The notes below the pieces were generated by a model. It was not told the origin of the DNA. It worked only from the letters and a program-made list of their open reading frames with translations, and did not search any database. Shown in pieces: positions 1 to 9,900 of a stretch of DNA of 64,000 nt; within the stretch, counting starts at the first letter, position 1; every line of letters starts with the position of its first letter. Made by a program: the position numbers and the translations under genes. The stretch covers positions 74,558 to 138,557 of the forward strand of contig CAIUWK010000068.1 of NCBI GenBank assembly GCA_903902855.1. The letters are read 5' to 3'. The DNA comes from an uncultured Geobacter sp. (GTDB lineage Bacteria > Desulfobacterota > Desulfuromonadia > Geobacterales > CAIOGM01).

Positions 1-222
1 CAGAGCGGGGTGGCTGAAGAGGGTCATGTCGCTATGGCTGTGGATATCGATGAAACCGGGGGCCAGCACCAGCCCCCGGGCATCAATCACCAGTTCTCCA
101 AAGGCGCCGATGGACGGGGCGATCCGGTCGATCCGACCGTCAACAACCGTCAGATCCGCCTGAAAGGGATCGCCACCCGAACCGTCCACCACCGTGGCAC
201 CACGAAAGAGAGTGGAGGACAT
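1..222 (-). CDS. Amidohydrolase (N-acyl-D-amino-acid deacylase-like), N-terminal part; gene runs off the left edge
   Basis: Own translation from minus-strand ATG at 222-220: MSSTLFRGATVVDGSGGDPFQADLTVVDGRIDRIAPS...LAPGFIDIHSHSD. This shows the HxH metal motif and N-terminal pattern of the amidohydrolase family. Absent from the ORF track because it is truncated by the window edge. Confidence 0.6.
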   Translation of the reverse strand, partial: MSSTLFRGATVVDGSGGDPFQADLTVVDGRIDRIAPSIGAFGELVIDARGLVLAPGFIDIHSHSDMTLFSHPAL

Positions 223-226
223 GACG

Positions 227-646
227 TCAGGGTTTGTCCGCGGCAGCGTTGCACTGCTCCACGACCTCTCTCAGCCAGGCGATCTCATCGGGCAGAAACT
301 GCTTGGAAAAGTCGGTCCCCACGTTCAGTGCCCAGTGCAGCGGCGCCATGGTGGTGGCCGCCAGCAGGTAACCGGTAATCTCCACGCAATCCACCTCCGC
401 CTCGGCCCAGGCGTACAGCCGCTCTTTCGTATCAAAAAGCATCAGGTAGTCGTTCCCCTCATTCTCGATGACCATGGGGAGGACATCCCCCTCTTCCATG
501 GCATCCGCGGCCCCATCCACGTCCCTGGCATCCAGGGAGGGGACAAAAAAGGTGGCGTTGAGAAACAGATCGTAATAGGCGGACTGGCTTTTGGCGTTCT
601 TCATATCCTGGCGCAGAAGCTCCAGGGCGGTATCCAGTGCGGTCAT
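227..646 (-). CDS. SseB family protein
   Basis: 139-aa ORF. The pattern YYDLFLNATFFVP...MVIENEGNDYLMLFDTKERLYAW resembles the SseB N-terminal domain. Confidence 0.5.
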   Translation of the reverse strand: MTALDTALELLRQDMKNAKSQSAYYDLFLNATFFVPSLDARDVDGAADAMEEGDVLPMVIENEGNDYLMLFDTKERLYAWAEAEVDCVEITGYLLAATTMAPLHWALNVGTDFSKQFLPDEIAWLREVVEQCNAAADKP

Positions 647-692
647 GAGACGGCTCCTTCTGATTGATATGGGATGAGCATTTCAGGTTTAT

Positions 693-1598
693 CTACGGAA
701 GTTCCAGAAAAGCATAGAGGGCCGCGGTCAGGGGCATGGCCACCCCCTGCTTCCGACCCGCCTCCAGAGGCTTGGCCAGGAGCGCCTCCAGCTCCAGGGG
801 ACGCCCTTCCATCCGATCCAGCTGCATGGAGGGACGATAGGAGCCGGTCATGGCCAGGGTGAAGGTAATCATCTCCTGGGCGTAGTCAGGTAAAATCGGC
901 TCTCGAAGCCCCTGGGCGTTGGCCGCGGTGATGACCTCACCCATGATTTCCCTGATGAGCTGAGTCATTTTCCGGGAGGCGAGAAGCTCTCCCACCGGTC
1001 GCTGCAGATGAGCGCAGAGTCCGTTAAACGGGATATTCCAGACGAGCTTCTCCCACCGTGCTTTCATGATGTCGTCCACGGCTTGACAGGGAACTCCCGC
1101 CGCCGTGAAGAGACCGGCCAGCTCCGTGGCGTGAACTCCGTTACGAGGATGCAGCGCCCCCAGGACGATCCTCCCGGCGCCGAGATGATGCACCGTACCG
1201 GGCTCCCCCCGGTTGGCGCAGAGGTAGGCGACCCCGCCATAGACCCGGTGAGCGCCGAAGAGCTCCGCCAGCAGCTGTTCGTTCCCCAGACCGTTTTGCA
1301 GGGTGAGGATCATGGTGGCCGGCCCCACCAGCGGCCCCACCAGTTCCGGGTAGTGGTCGTTGGCCCAACTCTTGAGACCGATCACCACCAGATCGACGAT
1401 ACCGATCTCTTCGGCCTGCCGGAATCCCGCCACCATTGGGAGGTGGAAATCCCCGTCCAGGGAATGGACCTGGAGCCCCCCTTGCACAATGGCGTCGTAA
1501 TCGCGGCGGAGCAGAAACTTGACATCATTTCCCCCACGCTGCAGGAGCGCCCCGTAAAAGAGTCCCAAGGCCCCCGCGCCAACCACGGCTATGCGCAT
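693..1598 (-). CDS. panE: 2-dehydropantoate 2-reductase (ketopantoate reductase)
   Basis: 301 aa. N-terminal Rossmann motif MRIAVVGAGALG, typical ApbA/PanE length and C-terminal domain. Confidence 0.85.
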   Translation of the reverse strand: MRIAVVGAGALGLFYGALLQRGGNDVKFLLRRDYDAIVQGGLQVHSLDGDFHLPMVAGFRQAEEIGIVDLVVIGLKSWANDHYPELVGPLVGPATMILTLQNGLGNEQLLAELFGAHRVYGGVAYLCANRGEPGTVHHLGAGRIVLGALHPRNGVHATELAGLFTAAGVPCQAVDDIMKARWEKLVWNIPFNGLCAHLQRPVGELLASRKMTQLIREIMGEVITAANAQGLREPILPDYAQEMITFTLAMTGSYRPSMQLDRMEGRPLELEALLAKPLEAGRKQGVAMPLTAALYAFLELP

Positions 1599-1625
1599 AT
1601 AAAACCTCCGGAAAGTAGTGATTGG

Positions 1626-1792
1626 TAGTAACTACTCAGGTCGATAGGCTGAATGTTGAAGGTTGAAGAGTATCAGGAAAACCATCGCAGAATAAAGAAA
1701 AGCGACCCATACGAGACGGGTTTAACCTTCAGCCTTCAGTCTTCAGTATTCAGCCTCACTACCCGATACGGGTTTAACCTTCAGCCTCACGC
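1626..1792. repeat. Heptamer-arm hairpin element, copy A (with partial duplication of the right half)
   Basis: GTAACTACTCAGG + degenerate CTGAA/TTGAAGG repeats + core (TATCAGGAAAACC..GCAGAATAAAG..CCATACGAGACGGGTTTAA) + CCTTCAGCCTTCAGTCTTCAG. A second ATACGGGTTTAACCTTCAGCC follows. The element abuts the hrpB stop codon. Confidence 0.8.
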
Positions 1793-4303
1793 TTACTCCC
1801 GCCGCTTCGTCCGTTTTGTCGGGGTGGCGCTCCAGGGGTCATCAGGCCAGGGATGACGGGGATAACGCCACTTGAGCTCTTTTTTAACCTCACCGTAGGC
1901 TCCGTTCCAGAACCCCTTCAGATCCCGGGTTACCTGGATCGGCCTCCCCGCCGGAGAGAGGAGGTGCAGCAGAATCTGCGCCCTCCCCTTGGCCACGGTG
2001 GGGGTCTGTCCCAGCCCGAAGAGTTCCTGAAGCTTCACCGCCAGCACCGGCTCTGCGCCGCCATACTGTAGCGCAATTTTCGAACCGCTGGGGACCGTCA
2101 GGTGGGTGGGGGCCATCTCCTCCACAAAACGGATCTGCTCCCGCTGTAGCGTTCCCCGCAGCGCCCCCATGAGGTCGACTCTGGCCACGTCGGCCAGAGA
2201 GCGGACAGTGGAGAGCCAGGGCAAAAGCCACTCCCTGGCGGTGGCGGCCAGACCGGCATCGGTGACATCGGGGAGTCCGGCCTCGGGGAAGAGCCGGGCG
2301 CAGAAGGAGAGCCGGTCCCGAAACTGCAGCGCCGCCGCTGACCAGGGGAGCCGCTCCATCCCGCGCCGGACGATGCCGTCAAGAAGCGCCGCAGCCGTCT
2401 CCGCTCCCACGGGAGGAACCTGCCGGCTGGAGAGGGTCAAAGCGTCCAGCCGCTCCTCCTCCCTCACCATGACCCGCCCTTCCCGTTCGTCCCAGGAAAC
2501 CCGGCGCTCCCGGATCAGGGAATCGGCCAGCTCTTCCCGGATCATCACCTCGTCCACCACGGCTGCCAGATGAATCTGCCCCTCTCCCGCTTCCCCCCCC
2601 TCCACCTGCACCGCCACCAGAAACGGCTCGTCGTGGAGGGAGCTTCTCTCTGTCAGCCTCCCTCCCCGCCCGTTGGCCAGGAGATACCGGTCACTCCCCG
2701 GCTCACGCTGCATGGCCAGACGATCCGGGTAGGCCTTCAAAAGGAGACGCCCCACGGTGACGCTGTCGAACCCCGGTCGCTCCTCCTGCTGCGTCCCATA
2801 TCCGGTCAGTTGCCGGGCCAACCGTTCCACCGCAGCCGCCGCAGCCGGGTCGACCTCGCTCTCCCCCCGCCGCTGCCGCCACCGGACAAAGGCCTCATAT
2901 CGGTCAAAGAGATCGTTATCGCTCCTGAGCCTTCGCCTGGTCCCCGTTCCCCGGCGGAGCAAGTCCCGTTCCGCCAGGAGGGCGCAGCAGAGGGAGGCGG
3001 CGGCTCCATGCCCCAGCTCCTCACCGGCCAGGAGGAGCCGGGCCAGCCGGGGATGAAGCCCCAGGCTTCCCATCCGCCGCCCCACCGCAGTGAGTCCGTA
3101 CCGCTCATCCAGAGCCCCCAACTGGCGCAGCAGCCGCCTCGCCTCGGCCAAAGCAGGGGCCGGCGGCGGGTCCAGCCAGGGGAGGAGAGAGGGATCGGAT
3201 ACTCCCCAGAGGGCCAGCTCCAGAGCCAGAGGGGAGAGGTCGGTGACGGTGATTTCAGGAGGAGTAGCAGGAAGGAGATGCCGCTGGGTATGCCCGGTCC
3301 AGAGGCGATAGCAGATGCCGGGGCCCAGCCGTCCGGCTCGTCCGGCCCGCTGCTCCGCCGCTGCCCCGGAGACCCGCACCGTTTCCAGACGGGGAAGCCC
3401 CTTGGCCGGGTCGAAACGAGGCTGACGACTCCACCCCCCGTCGATGACCACGGTCACCCCCTGGATGGTGAGACTCGTCTCGGCAATGGTGGTGGCCAGG
3501 ACGACCTTGCGCCGCTCCCCCGGCATGATGGCCAACTCCTGCTCGCGAAAGGGGAGGTCCGCGTAGAGGGGGCAGATGAGCGGTCCATGGAGACCCAGCC
3601 GCTCCTGAAGGAGGGAGCGGGTCCGGGTGATCTCGCCATAACCGGGGAGAAAGACAAGGAGGTCGCCGCTGCTCTCTCCAAGGGCCTTCTGCACTGCGCC
3701 GGCAACGATTTCGGGAAGACGCCCCTCCGGTTCCCGCTCCAGATACCTTATCTCCACCGGGAAACAGCGCCCCTGGGAGGCGATGATGGGAATATCTCCC
3801 AGAAGGCGGGCCACCGGCTCACACTCCAGGGTGGCGGACATGACCAGGAGCTTCAGCTCATCCCGCACCCCCTGCTGCACATCCCGGCAGAGGGCCAGGG
3901 CCAGATCGCTGTTCAGGTTTCGTTCGTGGAATTCGTCGAAGATGACCAGAGAAACCCCGGCAAGGAGCGGATCGGACTGGAGTCGACGAGTCAGTATCCC
4001 CTCGGTCACCACCAGGATGCGGGTTCGGGAAGAACTCTTCCGCTCGTAGCGGATGGCGTACCCCACACTCCCTCCCACCTCCTCTCCCAGGAGGGAGGCC
4101 ATCCAGCGGGCCGCATTCACCGCAGCCAGGCGGCGGGGTTCCAGCATGATGATCGTTCCCGTCAGCCAGGGTGCATCCAGGAGCGCCAAAGGGACCCGGG
4201 TCGTCTTCCCCGCGCCGGGGGGGGCGTGGAGTACTGCCCCTGAATGGGAGCGGAGCGCCTCCATCAGATCGGGAATGACGGCATCAATGGGGAGGATGTT
4301 CAC
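1793..4303 (-). CDS. hrpB: ATP-dependent helicase HrpB
   Basis: 836 aa. Walker A APPGAGKTT, DEFH box (FDEFHER), and an HrpB-type C-terminal domain ending in a basic tail. Confidence 0.9.
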   Translation of the reverse strand: MNILPIDAVIPDLMEALRSHSGAVLHAPPGAGKTTRVPLALLDAPWLTGTIIMLEPRRLAAVNAARWMASLLGEEVGGSVGYAIRYERKSSSRTRILVVTEGILTRRLQSDPLLAGVSLVIFDEFHERNLNSDLALALCRDVQQGVRDELKLLVMSATLECEPVARLLGDIPIIASQGRCFPVEIRYLEREPEGRLPEIVAGAVQKALGESSGDLLVFLPGYGEITRTRSLLQERLGLHGPLICPLYADLPFREQELAIMPGERRKVVLATTIAETSLTIQGVTVVIDGGWSRQPRFDPAKGLPRLETVRVSGAAAEQRAGRAGRLGPGICYRLWTGHTQRHLLPATPPEITVTDLSPLALELALWGVSDPSLLPWLDPPPAPALAEARRLLRQLGALDERYGLTAVGRRMGSLGLHPRLARLLLAGEELGHGAAASLCCALLAERDLLRRGTGTRRRLRSDNDLFDRYEAFVRWRQRRGESEVDPAAAAAVERLARQLTGYGTQQEERPGFDSVTVGRLLLKAYPDRLAMQREPGSDRYLLANGRGGRLTERSSLHDEPFLVAVQVEGGEAGEGQIHLAAVVDEVMIREELADSLIRERRVSWDEREGRVMVREEERLDALTLSSRQVPPVGAETAAALLDGIVRRGMERLPWSAAALQFRDRLSFCARLFPEAGLPDVTDAGLAATAREWLLPWLSTVRSLADVARVDLMGALRGTLQREQIRFVEEMAPTHLTVPSGSKIALQYGGAEPVLAVKLQELFGLGQTPTVAKGRAQILLHLLSPAGRPIQVTRDLKGFWNGAYGEVKKELKWRYPRHPWPDDPWSATPTKRTKRRE

Positions 4304-4308
4304 GGGAG

Positions 4309-4986
4309 TCAGACGAGAAGGGAGAGGTCGTCAAGGGTCAGCTCTGACAGGGAGGCGACGATGCGAATCGTTCCGGCCAACCGCTCCGCCGGGTAACTGG
4401 TGGTGATCCCCACCACGGCAATTCCCGCACCCAGGGCCGCGGCTATCCCGCCGGGGGTGTCTTCGATGACGATGCAGCTCTCCGGCGCGATCCCTTTTCC
4501 CGGGCAGGCAGCGGCGAGTCGCTCCAGGGTGAGACGATAGCAGGCGGGATCGGGCTTGCTGACGGAGACGTCGTCGGCGGTGACGATGATGTCAAAGGCG
4601 CTCTCCAGGGCGAACTGCTCCAGGATGGGGAGGATATCGGAGCGGAGCGCGCCGCTGCAGATGGCCAGCGGCAACCGACCGCTTATCCCGGAGATGAGCT
4701 CCACGGCGCCGGGATACGGTTTGACCCCGGCGGCGATGATCTCCAGAAATACCTCCCCTTTGCGCTGAATGAGCGCTGCCAGTTCCGGCTCTTTCAGGGG
4801 CACCCCACGGCTCCGGAAGGCCTCCCGAAAGGCGTCCCGGTCATCGAACCCCAGATAGTCGGCCACGTAACTGTCCCACCCGTACCCCAGCCCCAGCGGT
4901 TCAAGAAGAGTCTGGAAGGCACGATAGTGCAGCGGTTCGGTGTCCACGATGACCCCGTCAAAATCGAAGATAACTCCGGCAAGCAT
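4309..4986 (-). CDS. HAD-IA family hydrolase (phosphatase/beta-phosphoglucomutase-like)
   Basis: 225 aa. N-terminal DxD motif (VIFDFDGVIVDTE) and a C-terminal EDTPGG-type motif. Confidence 0.8.
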   Translation of the reverse strand: MLAGVIFDFDGVIVDTEPLHYRAFQTLLEPLGLGYGWDSYVADYLGFDDRDAFREAFRSRGVPLKEPELAALIQRKGEVFLEIIAAGVKPYPGAVELISGISGRLPLAICSGALRSDILPILEQFALESAFDIIVTADDVSVSKPDPACYRLTLERLAAACPGKGIAPESCIVIEDTPGGIAAALGAGIAVVGITTSYPAERLAGTIRIVASLSELTLDDLSLLV

Positions 4987-5015
4987 CCCTCATCTCCTTA
5001 TTTCTTGATTCTCAG

Positions 5016-5366
5016 TCAGCTCCGGAAACGGGCCAGAGCGGCGACCACTGACGCTCCCACCCCATCGGCCAGCAGATCCCCGAACTCGGCGCTCCTGCTC
5101 ACGGTGAGTACCCCCTGCGCCACCTCCATCAAACCGCCCACCATGACCGCCAGGCAAGCCGCCGCCAGAAACCTGCCGCCAAGGGTACGCCGCTGAAAGG
5201 TATACGCCATGGCTCCCAGAAATGTCAGGAGAGCATAGGCGCCCGCATGCTGAAACTTGTCCCATCCCAGAAGACCCTGGTGGGGGACCGGCGGATGAGG
5301 CATGAGCGAGAGTATGACGATCGTCAGCAGCCAGGCGAAGAATGCCCATTTCCAGAAGAGTGACAT
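5016..5366 (-). CDS. VanZ family membrane protein
   Basis: 116 aa with four hydrophobic segments. The WDKFQHAGAYALL motif is typical of VanZ-like proteins. Confidence 0.65.
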   Translation of the reverse strand: MSLFWKWAFFAWLLTIVILSLMPHPPVPHQGLLGWDKFQHAGAYALLTFLGAMAYTFQRRTLGGRFLAAACLAVMVGGLMEVAQGVLTVSRSAEFGDLLADGVGASVVAALARFRS

Positions 5367-5438
5367 CGGTTACGACTCCCTGCGGGGTAAAAATGAAAAA
5401 AAAGACAGTAACCATGTGAATGATTACTGTCTCTAAGA

Positions 5439-5513
5439 TGGTGATCCCAAGGGGACTTGAACCCCTGTTACCGACGTGAAAGGCCAGTGTCCTAACCGCT
5501 AGACGATGGGACC
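5439..5513 (-). tRNA. tRNA-Glu (anticodon UUC)
   Basis: Reverse complement GGTCCCATCGTCTAGCGGTTAGGACACTGGCCTTTCACGTCGGTAACAGGGGTTCAAGTCCCCTTGGGATCACCA. It has a cloverleaf, a CTTTCAC anticodon loop and an encoded CCA. Confidence 0.9.
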
Positions 5514-5583
5514 GTACAAGTTGTTTCTATCATAAGCGTGCAGAGTTAGTCAAGTTAACTTTTTTCTGCTCGCTGTCATGCGA

Positions 5584-5658
5584 TGGCTGGGGTGCTAGGA
5601 TTCGAACCTAGGGATGATGGAGTCAGAGTCCATTGCCTTACCGCTTGGCTACACCCCA
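5584..5658 (-). tRNA. tRNA-Gln (anticodon CUG)
   Basis: Reverse complement TGGGGTGTAGCCAAGCGGTAAGGCAATGGACTCTGACTCCATCATCCCTAGGTTCGAATCCTAGCACCCCAGCCA. It closely parallels enterobacterial tRNA-Gln, with an encoded CCA. Confidence 0.9.
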
Positions 5659-5668
5659 ATGGTCAGCT

Positions 5669-5697
5669 CTTATAGCAAAGCATTCCGGAGATGTCAA
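5669..5697 (-). promoter_or_regulatory. Sigma-70-type promoter for the tRNA-Gln/tRNA-Glu pair
   Basis: Minus strand reads TTGACA - 17 nt - TATAAG and ends about 10 nt upstream of the tRNA-Gln 5' end. Confidence 0.55.
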
Positions 5698-5863
5698 GAG
5701 ATAATCTCTCATGTCCGGCATTCCTCCCTGAAAACGTTCGGCTCCCGACTTTTGCCACTCATCCCGCCTCCAAGTTACGCCACGCAGAGAACGGATATGA
5801 TCCGTTTTTTACGCTTGGATTTTCACCATTCACCGGCTACACTTCTGATCAAGGAGAAACATC

Positions 5864-6874
5864 ATGAAAGAAGCCATGTTTTACCAACGGGAGGGAGAGG
5901 GACGGGTTCGCTGCACCCTCTGTCGGTTCCTCTGCCTCATCACCGATGGAAGCCGCGGCATCTGCAATGTCCGGGAAAACCACGGAGGAAGCCTCTTCAC
6001 CTTGGTCTACGGTGCCCTCTGCGCCGAGCAGGCGGACCCCATCGAAAAGAAGCCGCTCTTCCACGTTCTGCCGGGGAGCAGCTCCTACTCCATCGCCACC
6101 ATGGGGTGCAACTTCCGCTGCCGTCACTGCCAGAACTACTCCATCTCCCAGGTCACATCCCATGGCGTCATCCGGGGAGTTCACCGCTCCCCCCAGGAGG
6201 TGGTAAGTCAGGCCCTGGCCTCCGGTTGCAGCTCCATCGCCTACACCTATACCGAACCGACCATCTTCTTCGAATTCGCCTACGATACGGCCCGGCTGGC
6301 CAAGGAGGCGGGGCTGAACAACATCTTCGTCACCAACGGCTACATCGGCAAGGAGCCGCTGGCACTCATCGCCCCCTATCTCCACGCCGCCAACATCGAC
6401 CTGAAGGGGTTCAGCGAGCGATTCTATGGCGACGTCGTCCATGCCCGCCTCTCGGAAGTGCTGGAATCCATCCTGGAATATCGGCGGCAGGGGGTCTGGA
6501 TCGAACTTACCACCCTGCTCATACCGGGACTCAACGATTCCGATGAGGAGCTGCAGGGGATCGCCTCATTCATCGCAACCAACCTGGGAATTGATACCCC
6601 CTGGCATGTGAGCCGGTTCCATCCCACGTACCAACTGCAGGATCGCCCCCGGACCCCGGTGGCAACCCTGCGGCGGGCCGGAGAGATAGGCAGAGAGGCG
6701 GGGCTCCGTTATGTGTACGAGGGAAATGTCCCCGGCGAGGGGGGGGAAAACAGCTACTGCCCTTCCTGTTCCACCCTCCTCATCCAGCGGTACGGATACG
6801 TGATCCGGATGAACAGAATCCGCAACGGGGCCTGTCCCGCCTGCGACACCGAAATTGCAGGCATCGGCATGTAA
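5864..6874 (+). CDS. AmmeMemoRadiSam-system radical SAM enzyme
   Basis: 336 aa. N-terminal Cys cluster (CTLCRFLC...C) and radical SAM motif CNFRCRHCQN. Overall similarity to the PflA-like AmmeMemoRadiSam family. Confidence 0.8.
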   Translation: MKEAMFYQREGEGRVRCTLCRFLCLITDGSRGICNVRENHGGSLFTLVYGALCAEQADPIEKKPLFHVLPGSSSYSIATMGCNFRCRHCQNYSISQVTSHGVIRGVHRSPQEVVSQALASGCSSIAYTYTEPTIFFEFAYDTARLAKEAGLNNIFVTNGYIGKEPLALIAPYLHAANIDLKGFSERFYGDVVHARLSEVLESILEYRRQGVWIELTTLLIPGLNDSDEELQGIASFIATNLGIDTPWHVSRFHPTYQLQDRPRTPVATLRRAGEIGREAGLRYVYEGNVPGEGGENSYCPSCSTLLIQRYGYVIRMNRIRNGACPACDTEIAGIGM

Positions 6875-6916
6875 GGAGCAGATGGTGACATGAGCGTCGA
6901 CGGCTCCGGTTTGTAA

Positions 6917-9900
6917 TCACACGGACAGGCACCTCTTTATTTCCGCATACAGGATCTTGAACTCAACCGGTTTGGTAACGTAGCCATCAAAACCCTGTCG
7001 CAGAATATGTTCTTCCTCCTCACGCAGTGCGTCGGCCGTAAGGGCGATGATGGGAATATGGCCACCCACTCTTCCCTCTTTTTCCCGGATTAATTTTGTC
7101 GCTTCGATTCCGTTCAGCACAGGCATCTGGATATCCATCAGGATGAGGTCGAATCTGACCTTCTCCCAAGCATCCAATGCTTCCCGGCCATCACCGGCCG
7201 ATACGAAGTCAATGCCTACTTTTCTCAGCATATATGCAGCTATTTCCAAATTTATTTCATTGTCGTCGACGACAAGCACCCGCAGCGGCGGTCCATCCCA
7301 TGTGATAGGAGATAAGTCGTTTTCCCGCCGGTGTTGCGGTTCTGAGGCAACTGATGTTACGACAAAGGGGATCACCACCGAGAAGGTGCTCCCGACCCCT
7401 TCCGTACTTTCCACCAAGATGCTCCCTCCCATCAATTCTGCCAGCTGTTTGGAGATCGACAGGCCAAGGCCGGTGCCGCCATAGTTCCTCGTCGTCGAAG
7501 AGTCCGCTTGGGTGAACGGTTCGAATATTTTCCCCATTACCTCGGAACTGATACCGATACCGTTATCCGTGACGCCGATCTTGAGGGTAGTAATACTGTC
7601 CGTCTGCTGAATGACGACGACTGAAATGGTGATGCTCCCTGTCGTGGTGAACTTGATGGCATTGCTCAGGAGGTTAAGGATAATCTGCTTGAGCCGGAGT
7701 TGGTCACCCACCAGACCATCAGGGACTTGGGTGGAAACTTCGGTCCTGATATTCAATCCTTTGCGGTATGCCAGTGAAGTCTGAGTGTTGACCACATCCG
7801 TGATGACGCTCCGGAGTCCGAACCCTTGCTGTTCCAGTTCAATTTTTCCCGCCTCAACCTTGGAGAGATCCAGGATATCGTTGATCAGTCTCAGCAGGTT
7901 TTGTGAGGATAACTCTATGGTGTCCAGGTACCCCTGCTGCTCATCGGAAAGTTCCGTGTACTGGAGGAGTTGCGTCATGCCGATGATCCCGTTCATGGGG
8001 GTTCGGATTTCGTGACTCATATTAGAGAGGAACTCACTCTTGGCTTTGTTCGCAGCCTCGGCGACCTTACGGGCCTCTTCAAGCTCACGTTCATGCTGTT
8101 TCTGAGCAGAGATATCCAGTGCTGTGGCATACAAGAAACCGTCATGGCTGATAAAATATCGCCACGACAACCAGACCATTCTACCGTCTTCACATATCAG
8201 GCGATCCTCTAAAATAGCAGCGACGCTCCCCGAAGCTTGCTGTGCGACCTCATTGAGTACCCTCTGGCGATCAGCAGGATGGACGAATTTTAAAAAATGC
8301 TGCCCGAGGATTTCCGACACGGAGTAGCCGAGTTTTGCGATGCCGGCAGGGTTCATCTTCAGGAAACACCCGTCAGGTCCGATGATGCACTTCATTTCGG
8401 GCGTAGTATCGAATAAAATAGAATACTGTTCCCGCTCTATCTCTATCAGCTTACGTGAAGTCATGTCCCTGCTGATACCCCGCATCCCCCGGCATTCACC
8501 CTCAGGGCCGAACACGGGAACCCCGCTGACCTCCATGGTGGCCTGAGCGCCATCACTGCGCCGGAAGGAAAATTCCAGGGAAGAAACAGGCTGCTGTCCG
8601 GCAAGCGCCGTCAAAAACTTTTCGCCGGCACTCCCCACCGTCTCATCCTGGGTGAGTTCGACGGGCGACCTGCCGAGGAACTCCTCAGAGGGATAGCCCG
8701 TTATTTCCTGAAATTTAGGACTGATAAAAGTGAAACAACCGTTCTCATCGACTTCCCAGATGCAGTCGCTGGTGGTCTCGACCAATGAACGGAACTTCTC
8801 CTCGCTGCTACGGAGTTCGGCGGTCCGCTCCTCCACCTTCCGCTCCAGGTTGGCGTTGAGTTCGCGGATTTCGTCTTCGGCATGCTTGTGTTCGGTGATG
8901 TCGATAACAACACCTTCCAATAGCAGGGGCGAGCCATCAGCACCATTGAAGAACTTTCCCTTGGCCGAAACCCAGTGTTCCGTGTCGTCCGGCCAGAGGA
9001 TGCGATATTCAATATCAAAATCGGCGAACTGCTCCATGGCGTTGTGCACCGCTCGTTCGGCAGCTTCGCGATCCCCCGGATGGAGCGATTTGAGCCAGTT
9101 ATCGTTACTCGCCGGGATGTCGGGATGGAATCCGAAAACCGTGCGATACGTATCAGACCAGACGATTTCTCCGGTGATGACATCCCAATGAAATGTCCCC
9201 ATCTGAGCGGCGTCGAGGGCAAGGCGCAATTGCTCTTCCTTACGCCTCAGGCTCCTCTCGGCAGTTATCTGAACGGTGACATCGGTGTACGTCCCGATCA
9301 TCCGCAGCGCTTTTCCCGCAGCATCTCTTTCGAAGACCATCCCCCGATCACGAATCCATTTCCAGTTGCCGTCCTTGCAGAGAACGCGGTGGGTGAATTC
9401 GTAGTACGGGGTCTCGCCTTTTATATGGGAGAGAACCGCTGCAGTCGCATCGGCGAGGTCGTCCGGATGGACGAGGCGGCGCCATTCGTCGGTATCCCCG
9501 CCGATTTCCTCCTCGGCGTAGCCGAGCATGCTTTTCCAGTTACGGGAGAAGTAAACGGCACCGGTCGGAATGTTCCAGTCCCAAAGACCGTGCCCGGCAC
9601 CGTCCAGAGCCATCTTCAGACGAAGTTCGTTCTCCCTGATCATTTCGTCCGCCACCCGTTTCGCGGCGAGAAGCGCCAGTTCGGACTCGGCCCGCTCTGA
9701 CTTCAGCAGAAGTCTGTTATAGAAATAAGTCCCTATTGACAGCAGTATGAGGCTAAGAGCGGCGATCGTGAGCAAGGGGAACCAGTGCTGCCACTTTAAC
9801 CAGGTGAGTTCCTCGGAGGAGACGTGAGAGACCAGCTTCCACCGCTCGGCAGCCCGCACGGCATCCTGACGTCCCGCCGCCGGATCGACCGTGACCCAAC

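Noticed and set aside
2570-4243. 557-aa plus-strand ORF opposite hrpB. Similar long antisense ORFs occur at 35479-37065, 38376-40007, 40143-41297, 23130-24491, 62340-63635, 48518-49606, 53210-54514 and 5614-6546.
   Set aside because: These are typical shadow ORFs of GC-rich DNA. They lie opposite genes with clear family signatures, their translations are Arg/Pro/Gly-rich and low in complexity, and they have no SD or family motif.
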